From Monocercomonoides exilis PA203 (taxonomy: Eukaryota; Protista; Preaxostyla), in NCBI GenBank assembly GCA_001643675.2, contig LSRY02000012.1:1364001-1428000 (forward strand): a stretch of DNA of 64,000 nucleotides, in the 5' to 3' direction. This document shows, piece after piece, positions 13,284-27,830 of the stretch (position 1 is its first letter; the number at the start of each line of letters is the position of its first letter). The translations under genes and the position numbers were made by a program. Below the pieces are notes generated by a model. It saw only the letters and a program-made list of their open reading frames with translations, was not told where the DNA came from and searched no databases.

Positions 13284-16200
13284 ATGTCTTGCTGTGGAAC
13301 AGGAATGAATATTTTTCGGAGTGAGCCGATGGTTTATATGCAATTTGTGTTTCCAAGAGACGCAGGTATTTGTTGTTTTTTGAAAAGCTTGAAAATTTCA
13401 TTCCTTAAAGCATATGCATCGATGAAGGAACTTGGATCTGCGGGAATTGTACATTTCAAAGATTTAAATCCTAATGTCAACCAAGGTAAACGAGAATATT
13501 CGGGTGAAATTCGCAGGTGCAACGAATTGAAACGAAGCCTTCGCTTTTTTCATTCACAGCTTGAAAAAGAAGATATAAAACCTGATGATGTTGTTCTTTC
13601 TCGTGACTTAACTATGTCTGAATTAACGTCTTTGTTCGAAGAGTTAGAGACTGATCTTAAGCATTTAATACAAGGAGAAGATGACTTGAATAGACATAAA
13701 ATTGAACTTATTGAGATGCGCTATGTTCTTACAATAGGACAAAAATTTTTCGAAAAAACTATGAACCAATCTGGTTCATCTGCTAATCCATATCAGCATA
13801 TGAGTTCATCATCTTTAAAAGCTCCTGAGCAGTCGTGTGCAATTTATTTCTTGTTTTTTAATAATTACAAATTTTTATAGAATAAAAGCAGATTCATCGC
13901 TTGCAGAACCTCTTACAGGGCACTTGTCATCTTTGGCTGGAATCATTTCACAATCAAAAATTGATAATTTTCATCGAATGATTTATGTAGCGCTTAGAGG
14001 AAATCTATACTTTGAATCAGAAGTTGTTCCAGTTGAATTAGTTGATTCAACAACAGTTTGTTGTTTCGCATATTTTTTTTTATTTGAAAAGCTCTCTTTT
14101 AATTGCTCTTTCAATTACTCTGCAGCAAAAGAAAGAGACAAAGTATGTATTTATGTGTTTCTTTTCCGGTGAGCATGCAAAGAACAAGATTATGAGGATC
14201 TGCTCCTCATACGGCGCCAGCATCTACCCGTTCCCTGCGACGATTGCGGAGAACGAGCAGCAGGTGGCGCAGATCGATGAGCGGCTGCACACGATGGAGG
14301 CAGTCCAGGCGAGTTCGGCTGAGCAGAAGCGGGCGCGGCTGATGGAGATCAAGGCGCAGTTCAACAGCTGGCTGTGCTACGTTGCGCGCGAGAAGGCAGT
14401 GTACCACACGCTGAACATGTTCTCTGCAGACAACTTTGCGAAGTGTGTGGTGGGAGAAGGCTGGGTGCCAGAGAGGAGCGTCCCGACTGTCCACATGAGG
14501 CTGGCAGCAGCGTCGACGCAGGCGCAAAGCCAGGTGGCGTCGATGGCGCACATTCTGAACACGAACAAGACACCCCCCACGCACATCAGAACGACAAAAT
14601 TCACTTCGGCGTATCAGTCGATGGTCGATGCGTACGGGATTGCCAACTACAGAGAAGTGAACCCAGCGCTGTTCTGCTTGTTTACGTTCCCTTTCTTGTT
14701 TGGCGTGATGTTCGGTGATTTTGCACATGGACTGCTGCTTGCATTGGTTGGGCTTGTGTTCTGCATCTTTGAGAAGAAGTTGTCAAAGGGATTGAACGAT
14801 GTGTGATTTGTGATTCAATCAATTAATATTTTTTTATATATATTTGAATTAATCATTTTCAATATGTTGTATTTTATTTTTCTCTCTCTCTTTTATCTTA
14901 TTGTCAACAGCTTATTGAATATCTCTATATTGGTCGGTACATGATACTCGTGATGGGCCTGTTTGCGTCGTACTGTGGGCTGCTTTACAACGAATGCTTC
15001 TCTCTTTCGATGAATCTGTTTGGCTCGCGGTACAAATGCTTTGAAGTGGAAGAGAATCACCACACGGAGAATGTGTGTCACTTCATCAAGGGCAAAGGAA
15101 CTTATCCGTTTGGTGTTGATCCTGTATGCTTCTCTCTTATTAAGTCTAAATTTATTTTATCTTTTTTTTTTCATTCATCTTATGATTGCAATGATTATTT
15201 TCATTTTATTTGAATCTTTCTTCATTCTATTTTTTTTTTAACTTATTTATTTAATCTTCTTCAACCAGATCTGGCGGCAAAGCTCCAACAATCTTGTGTA
15301 CACGAACTCAATCAAGATGAAGATGTCTGTCATTTTGGGTGTCTGCCACATGACGCTGGGGCTTTTCCTGTCTCTTCTGAATCACATCAACAAGCGCTCG
15401 ATGGTAGATGTGTTCTGCACATTCATCCCCCAGTTCCTGCTGATGATGTGCTTATTCGGCTACATGTCCTTCATGATCATCTACAAGTGGATGACTCCCG
15501 TAGAAGGCCATGAGAAGCCTATGCTCATCCGCGCCATGATCAACATGTTCCTCAGCATCGGCCAGACACTCCCGAAGGAAGAGAGACTCTTCGAAGGACA
15601 GGAAATGGTGCAGCTGATCCTCGTGATTGTTGCTGTGGTGTCTATCGTGTGGCTTCTGGTGCCAAAACCAATCGTCAAAATCATCCAGCACAGAAATGAC
15701 TCGAAAAGTGTGTTTTTATTCATCATTTGAATCTTTTTATTTTAATTAAATTTATTTTAATTTTAATTTTCTAATTATTCATTTGTGATTGTTCATGTGA
15801 TTTTGTTGTGCTTTCAAATCAATTTTCCGTTTTATCCTTCTTTCTGTTTGATATCTTTACTTTGTGTTTCTTTCACAGAGAAAGAGTCAAAGAGAGTTGG
15901 CTCAGGAGACTCACTGAAGCAGCCTGGAGTGCCAAGAAGCAAGAAAGACGGAGGGTTTGATGGGTATTATGGAGGAGCTGGTGAAGGAGGTTCCAAAGAT
16001 ACAGCGTCTTCATCATCATCATCTTCTTCTTCTTCTTTGCCTGATTATCCTCTGACTGCCACCACACTCGATGGAAAAGTGTCATCTGCATTTGGCATGG
16101 ACGAGATGGTGGGCAGTCAGAAAGAGGCGTCGAGTGCGGAAGAAGAAGAGGAGGAGGAGTTCAGCGTGGGTGAGATGTGTGTGCATCAGCTGATTGAGGT

Positions 16201-16561
16201 GATTGAGTATGTGCTTGGCTGTGTGAGCAACACTGCCTCGTATCTGCGTCTGTGGGCGCTTTCGCTGGCACACGGGGAGTTGGCAGAGGTGTTCTTCAAC
16301 TATCTCGTGTTAGTCATTGGGAAGCTTATTCCTGTGGTGGGGCTGGTGATCGGCGCTGCTGGCTGGCTCGGCGCGACGGCGGGCATTTTGCTGGCGATGG
16401 AAGGGCTTTCTGCTTTTCTGCATTGCCTCCGTCTGCACTGGGTGGAGTTCCAGAACAAGTTCTACGGGGCAGAAGGCTACGCGTTTGTTCCGCTGAGCTT
16501 TAAGGTGGTGGATGAAGAGGCTGGGCAGCTCGACTCAAGCGACGGAAAGAAAGACGATTAA
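13284..16561 (+). CDS. VPH1: V-type H+-ATPase V0 subunit a (Vph1/ATP6V0A), 7 exons
   Basis: [54 protein letters not shown] (essential Arg), [16 protein letters not shown]. Introns 13366-13410, 13835-13880, 14056-14125, 14801-14910, 15124-15268, 15708-15878. Confidence 0.97.
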
Positions 16562-17501
16562 TTGATTTGCGGATGCTTATCCTTTAATTATCTTGTTGTT
16601 CTTTCCTTTTTTTATTTTTTTTTTAACGCTCTTGAATTTCAGACAATACACTTCTTGTTCTTTTTATTATCTTTTTTTTTATCGTTATATTTTCCTCTCG
16701 TTGTTTATCTGTTCTGTTTGTTGTTATACATTTATAACAAATAATCTTTTCTTTCACAAACAATTTATAGAACTTTTAACGTTCTATTTGTGCATTCTTC
16801 ATCGCGTGCACTTTCTATCATCTCTTTTTCGTCTCAATTACACATATGATATTGCTTTGGTTTTTTTGAGATCAATTTTGATTTTTAATTTATCTTTAAC
16901 ATCCGTACCGTGCTTGTACTACAGAAAAGGTACAGAAAACATTTTTTTTAATTATTTTATTTTATTTTATTTAATTCCTTCCATTTTTAGAATTATAACT
17001 AATGTAATCTGAGTGATACCTTCATCTTTTTTTATTCGAGTTTAATTATTTTACTCATTTTATTGTTCATGAAGTGTAAAGAAAACATCAGTCATTGCTC
17101 ATTTGCAGATGTTGCAAAGGCGTGGGCAAACATATCTTTTCATATTTGAAAAAAAGAATCAGAAAAGTGGAAATCAACTTGAAGAGTTAAGTCAAAACTT
17201 GATGATTTCTTCTGCTGCAAACAAGGACAAAAGAAAATTTCTCATCGATGACGAAGGTATTGGTAGAGTATGCATCTTTAAAAGGAATTTAGCATTGAAC
17301 AAAGAAGAAATATTTTTTGGTAATCTCCATCAATAATCATCTAAAATTGCATTTCTTTTTTGGGGCAGATTGTATGTTTCTGCTGCAGTCCACGATCCAA
17401 CAAGACGGATGTGCAGCAAGTGAGCCATCAAAATATGAAGGAATGGGGAAAATCAGACTCTTCATAAAAGAAAAGAAAGTTTGTCTTTCTAAAATGAACA
17501 A

Positions 17502-18723
17502 TTAAAAATTGATGGAAAATGATTCTTTGTTGAAGAGAAAGGATTTGATAATATTCACACCATTGTTCTCTTTGACACTTTGAATGCTTTTTCTAATATG
17601 CCATTTTTGAAGTATCGAATCATTAAAAAACCCCAAAGAGACAAATCCAAACGCAATCCCAATTGCAGAGCAACAAATTGCACATATCATCAGAAGAAAA
17701 TTCACCTATTAAAATATTTGGATTTCATTAAGCTCATTCCAAAGAGTTTGGAGAAATTATACGTTTGCAAACCTTTTTGTTGGAAATCATAAGAACAATG
17801 GAAGCTGTTGTGAAATAAAACGCTGATCCAGTTGTGTGGAACAGAAAAATTAAGAACACAAATAAATTGCGTTGTCCAATGCAGCAGTTCAGAAATCCAC
17901 AGTGATGATCATAACCTTCTACACAGCAATTGCATTCATAACAGTGTGCAACATTTTCACCTGTGTATATCTGACATAGTGAACAAAAGCATTTATCATT
18001 CATTTGTTCAATTCTAGTCTAATAAGCATTTATTTAAATTTTTCCGTTAAATGTAAAATATATCATAAAATAATTTGAAATTAACATGCTTCATCATTTT
18101 CACATTGATAATGGGGATTGCCGAATTGAGGCACTGAATCTGTTGGAACAGAAACAAGATCTAAGTACTTTTGTGCCATAAATAGTCTATCTTCTTCACT
18201 TTCAGGAGTGTGATTTAAATGTGGTGAGGGATAATTATGAGCCAGATTTTTTCTATCAAACGCATCACAACTTGAAGAATAATTTTCACTTTTGGTTTTA
18301 ATTGATTTGTTATTAAGAGAATGTAAAAGAGGATGATCTCGTGGAAGTTGTGAAGCTTTGGGAAGATATCCAGGATCCGTCAGTTGAACTTTCAACATCA
18401 AAAATTGAGATAATACAGGCCCCAGCAAAATTGACAAAAGAAGAACTTTTTTTGAAACAGATGATGAAAAGCAAAGAAGTAAACTACATTTCATGAATAA
18501 TGAACAATGCAAATCTAAAATTAAAAGTTTTAATACCAAATTGTAAAAGCAAGCAATGAAAAATGACTTAGAAGCATTAAAGAAATTTTATTCCCACAGA
18601 CAAATCGACCCTTGGTTAAAGAAAATCTTGTTGGACATCAACATTCTGAAAAGCAGAACAAACAAAACAACAAGTGTTTACTCTTCCAATTGGTTGTGGA
18701 ATTTTATGTTGATATTTATTCAT
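17502..18723 (-). CDS. DHHC palmitoyltransferase (Erf2/ZDHHC9-like), multi-exon; 5' exon boundaries uncertain
   Basis: TDPGYLP and FCSLCQIY...HCYECNCCVEGYDHHCGFLNCCIGQRNLFVFLIFL, flanked by transmembrane segments. Confidence 0.88.
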
Positions 18724-18831
18724 GTTAATGAGTCCTTAATTTTTACCAAAAGCAAAGTAAGTTAATCGATCTAATTGATACCATAATGAAATCAAATAGA
18801 ATTAATTAATAATCTCGTGTGAAAATATTTC

Positions 18832-21800
18832 ATGGATGAAGCCCTAGCAAGAATTAAAAATTTTGAACAAATGTCAGTTCCATATATTGCTCATAGAACA
18901 TATATATGGAAAAGTTGCTCATCTCTAAATGAAAAAAGCTTTTCTCATTCACAATTTACAGAAAAGTTATCAACGCTTTTAAAAGCATTCAAAGAATTGA
19001 AGGCTTTTTTGGCGACAAAAAGCAGTTCAAATAGTAATAGTATTTTTTTGGTTTTAATTCTTGATTTTGGCATTGCCTTTTTTTTGCAATTGCTTTTTAT
19101 ATAGAATTAGAGGTCATTCAAAAACAACACACGGATTTACCAATGCGATCACTTGTAAAAATTGGATTTCATGCTTATTATTTCAGAGAAAAGGTTGGAA
19201 AGAAATTAGAACGCTCAATTTTCGATATAAACTGTAATGATGGAAGTTGCACTATCCTTCGCTGCTCCGGTAAAATGCCTCAAATAAAAGATGGATATTC
19301 CCTTATTGAATCAAAAGATTGTATTTATTTATTCGGAGGGCGTGATGAAAACGACAAATATTCAAACGAACTTTACAGATTATCACTCAGTTTGATAACA
19401 ATGTTATTATTTTATATATCAAATATTATTTATTTATTTATTTTCAGGTGACAAAAGATGGGAATTAATTATTCCATGTAATTTTTCTGATGATTCCCAA
19501 ATTCCACCTCCAACAGCTTTTGCTTCGGGTTCTATTGTGTTTCATGAGCTTTTTATATTTGGGGGATCTATCAAGAATTCGACTCAAGAAATGCTGCCTG
19601 TTTACAGCAACGAAATTTATGTCTTTAACTTAAAATCAAAACATTGGAGAAAAGTTTCTCCAAAATTATCTTCTGATATGTCTTTATATTCACAGACATC
19701 GCAAAACCTCCAATCATCCTTTCATCCACCACAGCGAAAACAACTATCTGAAACAGTTATGCCTTCGTCTTCAGCTTTGCCTTATATCGCGTCATCCCCA
19801 GAAACATCCTATCAGTCATTTCTTTCTTCTGTTCCTGTAATAAAACAGCTAAGTTTTCAATCACCGCAATCTCCTCTATCTCCGCCATCGTCTCCAAGCC
19901 CAGTCTCACTTGAGTCTGCTGCTCTGCTGGCACATTCATATCCAATGAATGCGAAATCACCCACATCTTCTCCAAATGGCGCTGCACCTTCAGTGAAGCC
20001 TTGCTTAATCATACACACTTCAACACAAACCGACGAGGCATTCACTTTGGCTAAATCAGCATCATCGTCCTTTTCTAAGTCTCAAAGCAATCATTCTGTT
20101 CAACCTCAAATTAACAAACCTCGTCTTTTGTCGCCAAGAACATCTTCTACTCATTCATCGGCTGATAACACTCAACAACAAATGCCAAAAGATCGCTCAA
20201 CCCCCAAAATACCTCCTGTTCCGCCTCCACCGCTTTTTTTACCATTCGATTTCGATTCAAAGAATTTGGCTCAAAAACAGACAGAAAGCCAGCGCAACTG
20301 GGTTGCTGTGCCTTCGCCTCGCATTTTCCCATTGTGTTTCAGCTTCCAAGGGAGATTGTATGTTTATGGAGGCAAAGCACACACACGTCTTTCCTATTGG
20401 GAATGGGTACCAGCCGCTATGCGCAGTGTGATGAGCCAATCCAGCCAAGATCTGGGTGTATCGCTTCATGCGCCTTTCCTCTCAGCTGAAGACGAACAAA
20501 AAAGTTGCCAGTCACCCAATGCCTCTTCGCAGAATGCATCTCGAACACAAAGTGCTTCCAGTTCTCCTTCTTCTTCTCCCGTTCTTTCTCATTCTGCCAA
20601 ATCATCTCCAGTCGGATCGCCTGTTTCTCCGCCTTCCACGTTTGATCCTTCTGTCGAGTCCATTTCCTCTTTTGTCACTGCCTCGCTGCCATCCCATCAG
20701 CCGAAGTCTGTCTGGCTGGACGATCTTTGGGAATTTGACATCAGAACAGAAACATGGAGTCATCTGTTTACTGTTGGCCCTTGTCCGTCACCTCAGTTTG
20801 TTGCTTATTCATTTTCTTTTTTTTAAACTTATTTAATATTGCTTTGTATTTTTCATGTTTATTATGATCTTTGTTGATCCTTTTTTACTTATTTTTTTCT
20901 ATTATTTGTTCAGATACGTGATTCTATGCAGCATCATCAATGAACAACTTTGTATGATTTCTGAAGGGAATGATCGCGGTTCATCTGAAGCATCGCTCAG
21001 ATTTAAGGATCACTTGAGCGTTCTGAATCTTTGCCCTTCCTATCGCAGCCCTGGCTTGTTTTTGGACAAGCGGCTCGGAACCATTCCGCGCTGTGTGTTG
21101 CACGACGAAATTGTTCAAAAGGAGAAAAAAGAGATGATTCGAAAGCACTTCTCTCGGAAATGGATGTTTAAGACAAGAAAAAAACAATTTTTTGAGACTG
21201 CAAATGAAATAATTGCTGAGTCTCCTCAGCAGAATGATGTTGTTGATTGCACTTCTTATTCGGACAATGTGCTTGAATATCTAATAAACGCTCTTATTCA
21301 TCGCGGACAGACATCAAATCTGACTGAATTGTTAAAAAGTGATAAATTACAAAGACTCCTCTCAGTTTATTCTCCGCTTTTTTATCCTCATTTTTTGAGT
21401 GTGGATGCACGAGATGTAAACAGTTCAAATGCAAATACATTTGATTCTCCATCAGCACAGCCACAGGATGTTCTTCTATGGTTTCTATCTTGCATTGAAG
21501 ATTCATTGTCAGAAAGCAATTTTTTATCAGCTATTCTTCAGCCTTCAATCAAAAGGCAGTTCAAAAAGATTAAGAAATATTCTCAACTTTCTTTGCGAAG
21601 CTATTCGGTGGCGCAGGAGCCAATGGTTAAAGTGTACAATAAAGTGGAATCGGCCATCACACCAAAATTAGATGACGAATTATCCAACAGACTTGAAAAG
21701 ATTCCTGAGCAAGAAATCGGACAAGGCACTGTTTCTTCGATATCTTCAGCTGTAACAGAATGCAGCGAATTTAGTTTGGAACAAAAACTTCCAATTTCGC

Positions 21801-24800
21801 AAACGCCTTCGCTTTCTCCTTTGTGCACTGCATCTCCAATTATAGCGACTGACCAATCACAAGGAATTTCATCGTCTTTGTCGGCTCTTCTACCAGCAGG
21901 TGCTCACCGCTGGAAATCTTTCAGTTATTTTGTTTCTTCTTGTCTTGCGCCAATTAGTGCATTTGTGTCGCATGTGCATAATTCATTGCCTTTTCATTCA
22001 CAAACTTCAAGTTTTTTCAATCTTCAGTCACAAGCGATGTTGCGCAATAGGTTTCCGCGATTCCTTTCATTTCGCCAGCAATCTCCTTCTACAAGCGGAG
22101 TAAGTGCTCCATTTCAAAAGATTGATGATCCCATTTCTGAAGGACATAACTTGGGTGATGGAAAAAACGTTAAAACAGAAGAGAGCCTTGTTCTTATTCA
22201 GCCACATTATAACTCTGCTGGAGATGCAATTTCTGCAAATGTTTCATCAGCTAAAATGGACAATGCCAATGTCACTGAATCATCAAACCAAGCTGTTAAT
22301 GGTCTTCCACATGGAGATATCAAATCATTTGCCGACTTGCTGTCGTCCATTGAATCGAAAGGTAGCAATTCCTCTTTTGTTGACAGTAGCCACAACGAAT
22401 GCAGCACAGATGAAAAAACAGAACAAAATAAGCTTTCTACAAAAATAGTACAAAATGATGGCATCGAAACAGAAAAAGCGAACCCACAACCTCTTTTTCT
22501 TCCAATTGAACAAGATATAAAAAAGAATGATGTCAATAATGAAGAGCACTTAACTTTTTCAACCGGATACGAAAGAACATCGCCTTGCTCCATGCCTGCC
22601 CAAATATCATCAATACAATCTTCTAATTTGGACAAAGAATATAACATCAAATCGTTTCGCGCTGAAGAAAATGAATGCTATCGTTCTTCATCTTCTGTTG
22701 AAGAGCCGACATTTATCTCATCTTCTTTCTTCCGAAGTCGCACAGTGTCTCAACCTCAGCCATCAATCAAATCCAACCCGAAAAAAGTCACAGTCCTTTC
22801 TCCTCCTTCTTTTTTCCTTTCTTCAAAGTCATCCAAATCTTCTCAATCCAATCCACATTCGCTTCGGCGGTTTTCAAGCGGTGTTATTCCAATAACTCCT
22901 CGACTATCGACTTCTCCTCCTCCTTCTCCTTCCTATTCGTATTCTTCAGACAATACATCTGTACAGTCGTCCATCGTTGCACCGTTGTTTTCTGACCAGC
23001 ATTCTTCGTTTAAAGATGACTGCATGTCTCCTCCTCCTCAAAGAGCTCATTCTGAACTGTCTGGTTCTTCTGTGAACGAGGCAAAAAGCCCCAGTATTGA
23101 CTCATGTTCCATCCGGTCAATGAAGCAGGATTCTTATCCTTTGTCTCCCAGAAAAGAGCGAAATTACTCTCAAGATTCAGATGGAAGTGACGATGAAGCT
23201 GTTCTTGTTGACAGCGATGATTTTCAGAGCTTTTTCACAAACAAACAAAAGATGGCAAACAAACAACAATTGCAGCCACAAGTGAGAGCAGAAGATTTCA
23301 CTTATGTGCAGAAGAGCGTTGATGGAACTGTAGCACCTTCATATTTGCTTTTCTCGAAAGAACTGCAGCCAGCAAGAACATCTTCGACCATTGACAATCA
23401 AGAGAATGAATTACCGGGGCAGTGCGATGAGTCGTCAGAAGATAGCGACGATGATTCCAGTGGAACTGATATACCTCCTGAGCTGTTAACCTTTTTGGGA
23501 ATCGAAAAATCAAATAATTCTTCTCGAAGCGCAAAATTTTCAGGTAAACAAACAGGGAAAAAGAATCAAAGTGGAAATGAGAACAAAGGGAAAGATAAAA
23601 ATTCAAAGAACAAAGCAAAAAAAGATTCTTCGTCTGCAAGTTCTCAGGATTCCTTAGAAGTTCTTCAGATGCTTTTTCCGAATCAAAAATTCAAAACAAA
23701 TCAAATGTCTTCACAAGAAAAAAGAGCAAAAAAGGAGAGGGAAATGCAGAAAAAGATGGAGAAATTCAAACAAGAAACGGATGTTGTTGTTGATGATGAG
23801 TGCACACAAAGTATGGAATGGTGGGAAGAGAAAGAAGAAGTACTAAACTCTGTTTTAGGAAGTGTCATTGCTGATGATTGTTGTGTTGATGATGGAAGAT
23901 CGAATGCTGATGCTTCAATTGATTATGAAAAAGAACAAATTGGTCAAAAAGAAAAGAAAGTACCTGTGAAAGTTCCATCAGTTGTTCTTTCGAGATCTGA
24001 CTTTCCTCTTCTTCCGATGAAACAGCGCATGAAGCTTAAAGAGTCTTTTATTCCTTCATCAATAAAGCAGTCGTTAGGAATGCCTTCCAAGGCATCTGCA
24101 ACGCCATTGGTGTTCGATTCGCAAAGCTCGTTATCAACAAATCTATCACCGTTTGCTTTGAATTGCTTGTCATTGCTTTGTGATCTTTCAACATCCGATT
24201 TAATGTTATGTGTTGATGGAAGACCAGTTCTTTTAAACTCCATATTTCTCGAAGCACGACTGTCTCATTTGATTGTCGATGGAAAAGAGAGTGTTCTGAA
24301 AAAGATGTACCTATATCAGGAAGAGTGCAAATTAAGAGACTCACAATGGAGAATGATTAGTGAATCTGTTGAAGAGGCATTAACACAGGGGAAAGAACGT
24401 TTTTGTGATCAAGGAAGAATAACAAAATCATCCGTCCAACATGATACATCTAATAATGTCTGTGATGAAAGTGGAAAATTGAGGCAAATGAGCAAAAATG
24501 AACAAAATAATGTGCATCTAAATACTGAGATGACATCTCCATTTATTCACAAGCCGTTTCTACTATTTCCACGACCAGATTGGAGTGAAGTCGAAAATTT
24601 GAGGAAAAGGTTTGTTGCCTTAATGATTTTGAGTGAGTCAGATAGTCAAAGAGCAAGAAATGAATTCACAGAATCTGAAGGATATGTAAATGAAAACTTT
24701 TATCTTCAAGAATTATCAACTGAAAAAGGACAACAACTTTCTCAAGAAGAAGTTTTTGGTAATAAAGAAATGCATTATCCAACAAAGAATTCGGTAAATC

Positions 24801-26920
24801 AACGTGTGATACGTAATCAAAGATACATCGATGAGGGCATGAAATTATTAAATGAAGCGAAACAACTTATTCAAAAGAGACGTTCTGTGTGGGATGAGAC
24901 AATTTCATATTGGAATGACAAATCAGGTCTAAACAAAGAGCAAGCAAACGATACAAAAGATGTTTCTGATCAAAGAAATTCAGCAGTTAAGTTGACGACT
25001 TCGCAGATGATATCTTCTGCTATATCTTCACCAGTAATTTCAGAAGATGATAAAAAAGAATCACAACTCAATGGCAAGCCTTCATTATTATCTTCTGTGA
25101 ATCCGATGTCACTTTCCTCGCTAATTCATACAACTCCGCATCTCCTCGACATACCTCCAATTACGCTCAATTCTTTGACCACTCTTTTGTCGTACACATA
25201 CAGTGATGCTTTGATTCATCCTGCTTTTTCTCCTTTTCCAACTCTTGCTGGAGAAGAACAGTTGCTCACTGCAATCTCAGACTGGCTGAATGAGAAGTGG
25301 AGAATTGAAGGCGAGATTGAGATAAGGGAAAGTAATGAGGTTATTCCAGAGCATGTTCATGATAGTACAACTAATTCATCTGATTTTAATCGGATAAAAT
25401 CAACCGATATGATCATTGAAAAAGAGAATGAAGATTATGGCATACAAAATAATGATGAAAAGCAGTATTTACATGGTGTCACCTCCAACGAAAAAGATGA
25501 CACTCATGCAATGTCTATGGGATGTGAAAGTGATGAATCATCAGAAGAAGCAAATAATTTTGAAGATAATATGGATCTAATTCTTTCTTCTCCTTTTTAT
25601 GTTAATCAGATTGAAGAAACTTTTCCTTTTGAGTCAAAACTATTAATAAAAGAGCTTCTTTTCCGCAAACAGAAACACGAAGAGTATAATCGAATTCGAG
25701 ATTCAAACTTGATTTCTCCTTCTACGATAGTTTCTTGTTCACCTGTTGTTCCGTCTAGTGCAACCCCTTCGTTGTTGGCTTTGGTGTCGAGTAAAAATGA
25801 CTATTCATCCAACTTCATTGCTCCTTCATCCCCTTCTCAAACACAATCGCAGCAGATAATCACGTCGCCTTCGTCTTTGCCTGTTCAGTTTCCAGGAAGT
25901 ACATCGACTCATTTGTACAATAAATCCACTCCAGCACTTTCGTTTTATCCTTCCAATCTTTCTGAAGCATTCCACGGATTAGAACCTCCTTTGCCATCTC
26001 CTCCTTCTCTTTTGATGAATCTGACTTCTAGCGATCCTTTGACATCAGTTCCGTTTTCTCCTTTTCAATCTTTTTCTTCAAGCTCACTACAGATGTCTCC
26101 ATCAAGTTACCCATCTTCTTCTCCTCCCCAATACTCTCCTTCATCATCTCCTCATTCATTTCCTCTTACAATGCAAATGGGAAATAGTCATCCATCCATG
26201 TCTTTCAGCCCGTTTGTTATGCATTCAGATGCCAATGAATCCGATCAGTCACGCATCAAGAAAGACAGCGGAACTTCTCTTCCTCTGAGTCTCAAAAATT
26301 CCTTCTGTTCTCCAAATATCTTAGGATCACAAATTCAGCATTTGCAGCATAATTATCTTATTCAAAAGCTGCAAGGTCCAGCGTTTTCTCATTATCCATC
26401 ACACTTAAGAATATATCCCTTTTTATTGCCTTCTGCAGATGAGGCTGTTTCTATTGCTTTGACACTTGGAACTTCATCTCTTCCGTTACCAAAAGAAAAT
26501 TACTCGGATTTAAATATTTTGTCAAATAACTCTTTAGATGCAAATTGCATGGTTATAAATTCTTTTGTTCACTCTCCTGTACTCTCTGATTTTTCTCTTC
26601 ATCAAAAAGATCAGAGCGTTTCAGTTGGTACCTCTTCATCAGAAGCCTCTTCAGTTAATCTCACTCTTTCAGATGTTTATCCTCTTTCCCGTAGCCCACC
26701 CATTTCAATTTTACTTGAACTTCAATATTTGTCCTCTCCAATGTTTATGTCAATTCCTCGTTTGTGCCATCTTTGTAATGAATTAATATTTGAAGCTTTG
26801 GATCCATTAGTTCTTCCATACATTTTATGCTTGTTAGACTTATTTCCAAATAATGAACTTAAACTTTCGTTAATTTCTTGTAAAGATTTTTATGAATCTA
26901 TGTTTAAATTACGTGAGTGA
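18832..26920 (+). CDS. Very large Kelch-repeat protein with a probable fragmented BTB-like domain (LZTR1/Mds3-like architecture), 4 exons
   Basis: Kelch motifs IYLFGGRD...YSNELY, LFIFGGS...NEIYVFNLKSKHW, LYVYGG...WLDDLWEFDIRTETW. BTB-like pieces SDLMLCVDG...LEAR, LLSYTYSD, IPRLCHLC. Confidence 0.7.
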
Positions 26921-27589
26921 ATAGCTTTTTTTAGATATTCATATTATGTATTTTTGTTTGTCTTTATTTTTTCTTTCACTTATTTCAAATGTTATAATGA
27001 TGTTTTCTAGTTTTTAAATAAAAAATTTTTTTGGATTTATCCATATTTAATGGAAAATAAGTCACTTTTTGTGTTGTTTTTTTACAAATAATATGCTGTA
27101 ATTAACATTGAAATATTAAGTGTTGTTTCTAAAATTTGTTAAATAAAATATAGAAATATTTTCCTTCTTTTATTCAGAAATTTTCAACAAAGAAACAATT
27201 GAAATGAGTTTGTACTTGAATGATGCCAGAAGAAAAATCCTTATTCTTTAAGATAGTTATTCTCATTTGTTGAAGAATGTTATCGCATAGATGTTTTTTC
27301 ATTGACTCAATTTGTTTGAGAGTGATATTTGTCAGATCGATCGAAAAAATTTCCGATAATAATCACAAATTTCAATGAACCAAAATTTCAAACATTTGCG
27401 ACTATTCAAAAGGAATTGAACATATTCATTCGATGAAATGAAACATCACGATAAAAGAGTAATGAAATCTGTTAGCTGTAATGTTTGTTTTGATTAGAGA
27501 ATAAAAAATAATCCACTTTCCAAAGATAATGAACAAAAATAACAAATTGCTTTTTCAATTAAAAATTCAGTTCATTAACGTGTCCACTT

Positions 27590-27830
27590 GGGTGATTCTT
27601 TTTGAAAAGTCACAAATGATTAATTTTCTTAAACTTAAAAATTTTACATGTTTTGCTCAAATTTCTGTTTCAGCTCACAAATCTCCTCAAGAATGTTTGA
27701 AATAACATTATCAAGTGATAAATTCCATTAAAATGAAGTTTGATATTTGTAAGCATAATATTTAGCAAAATATGAAATTTTTGAAGAATTAGAAAATTTA
27801 ACATTTGTGACTTTTCAAAAAGAATCACCC
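27590..27830. mobile_element. 241-bp MITE with 29-bp perfect TIRs (GGGTGATTCTTTTTGAAAAGTCACAAATG) and a 4-bp TSD ACTT
   Basis: Left end at 27590, reverse complement ending at 27830. ACTT at 27586-27589 and 27831-27834. Non-coding AT-rich interior. Confidence 0.85.
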
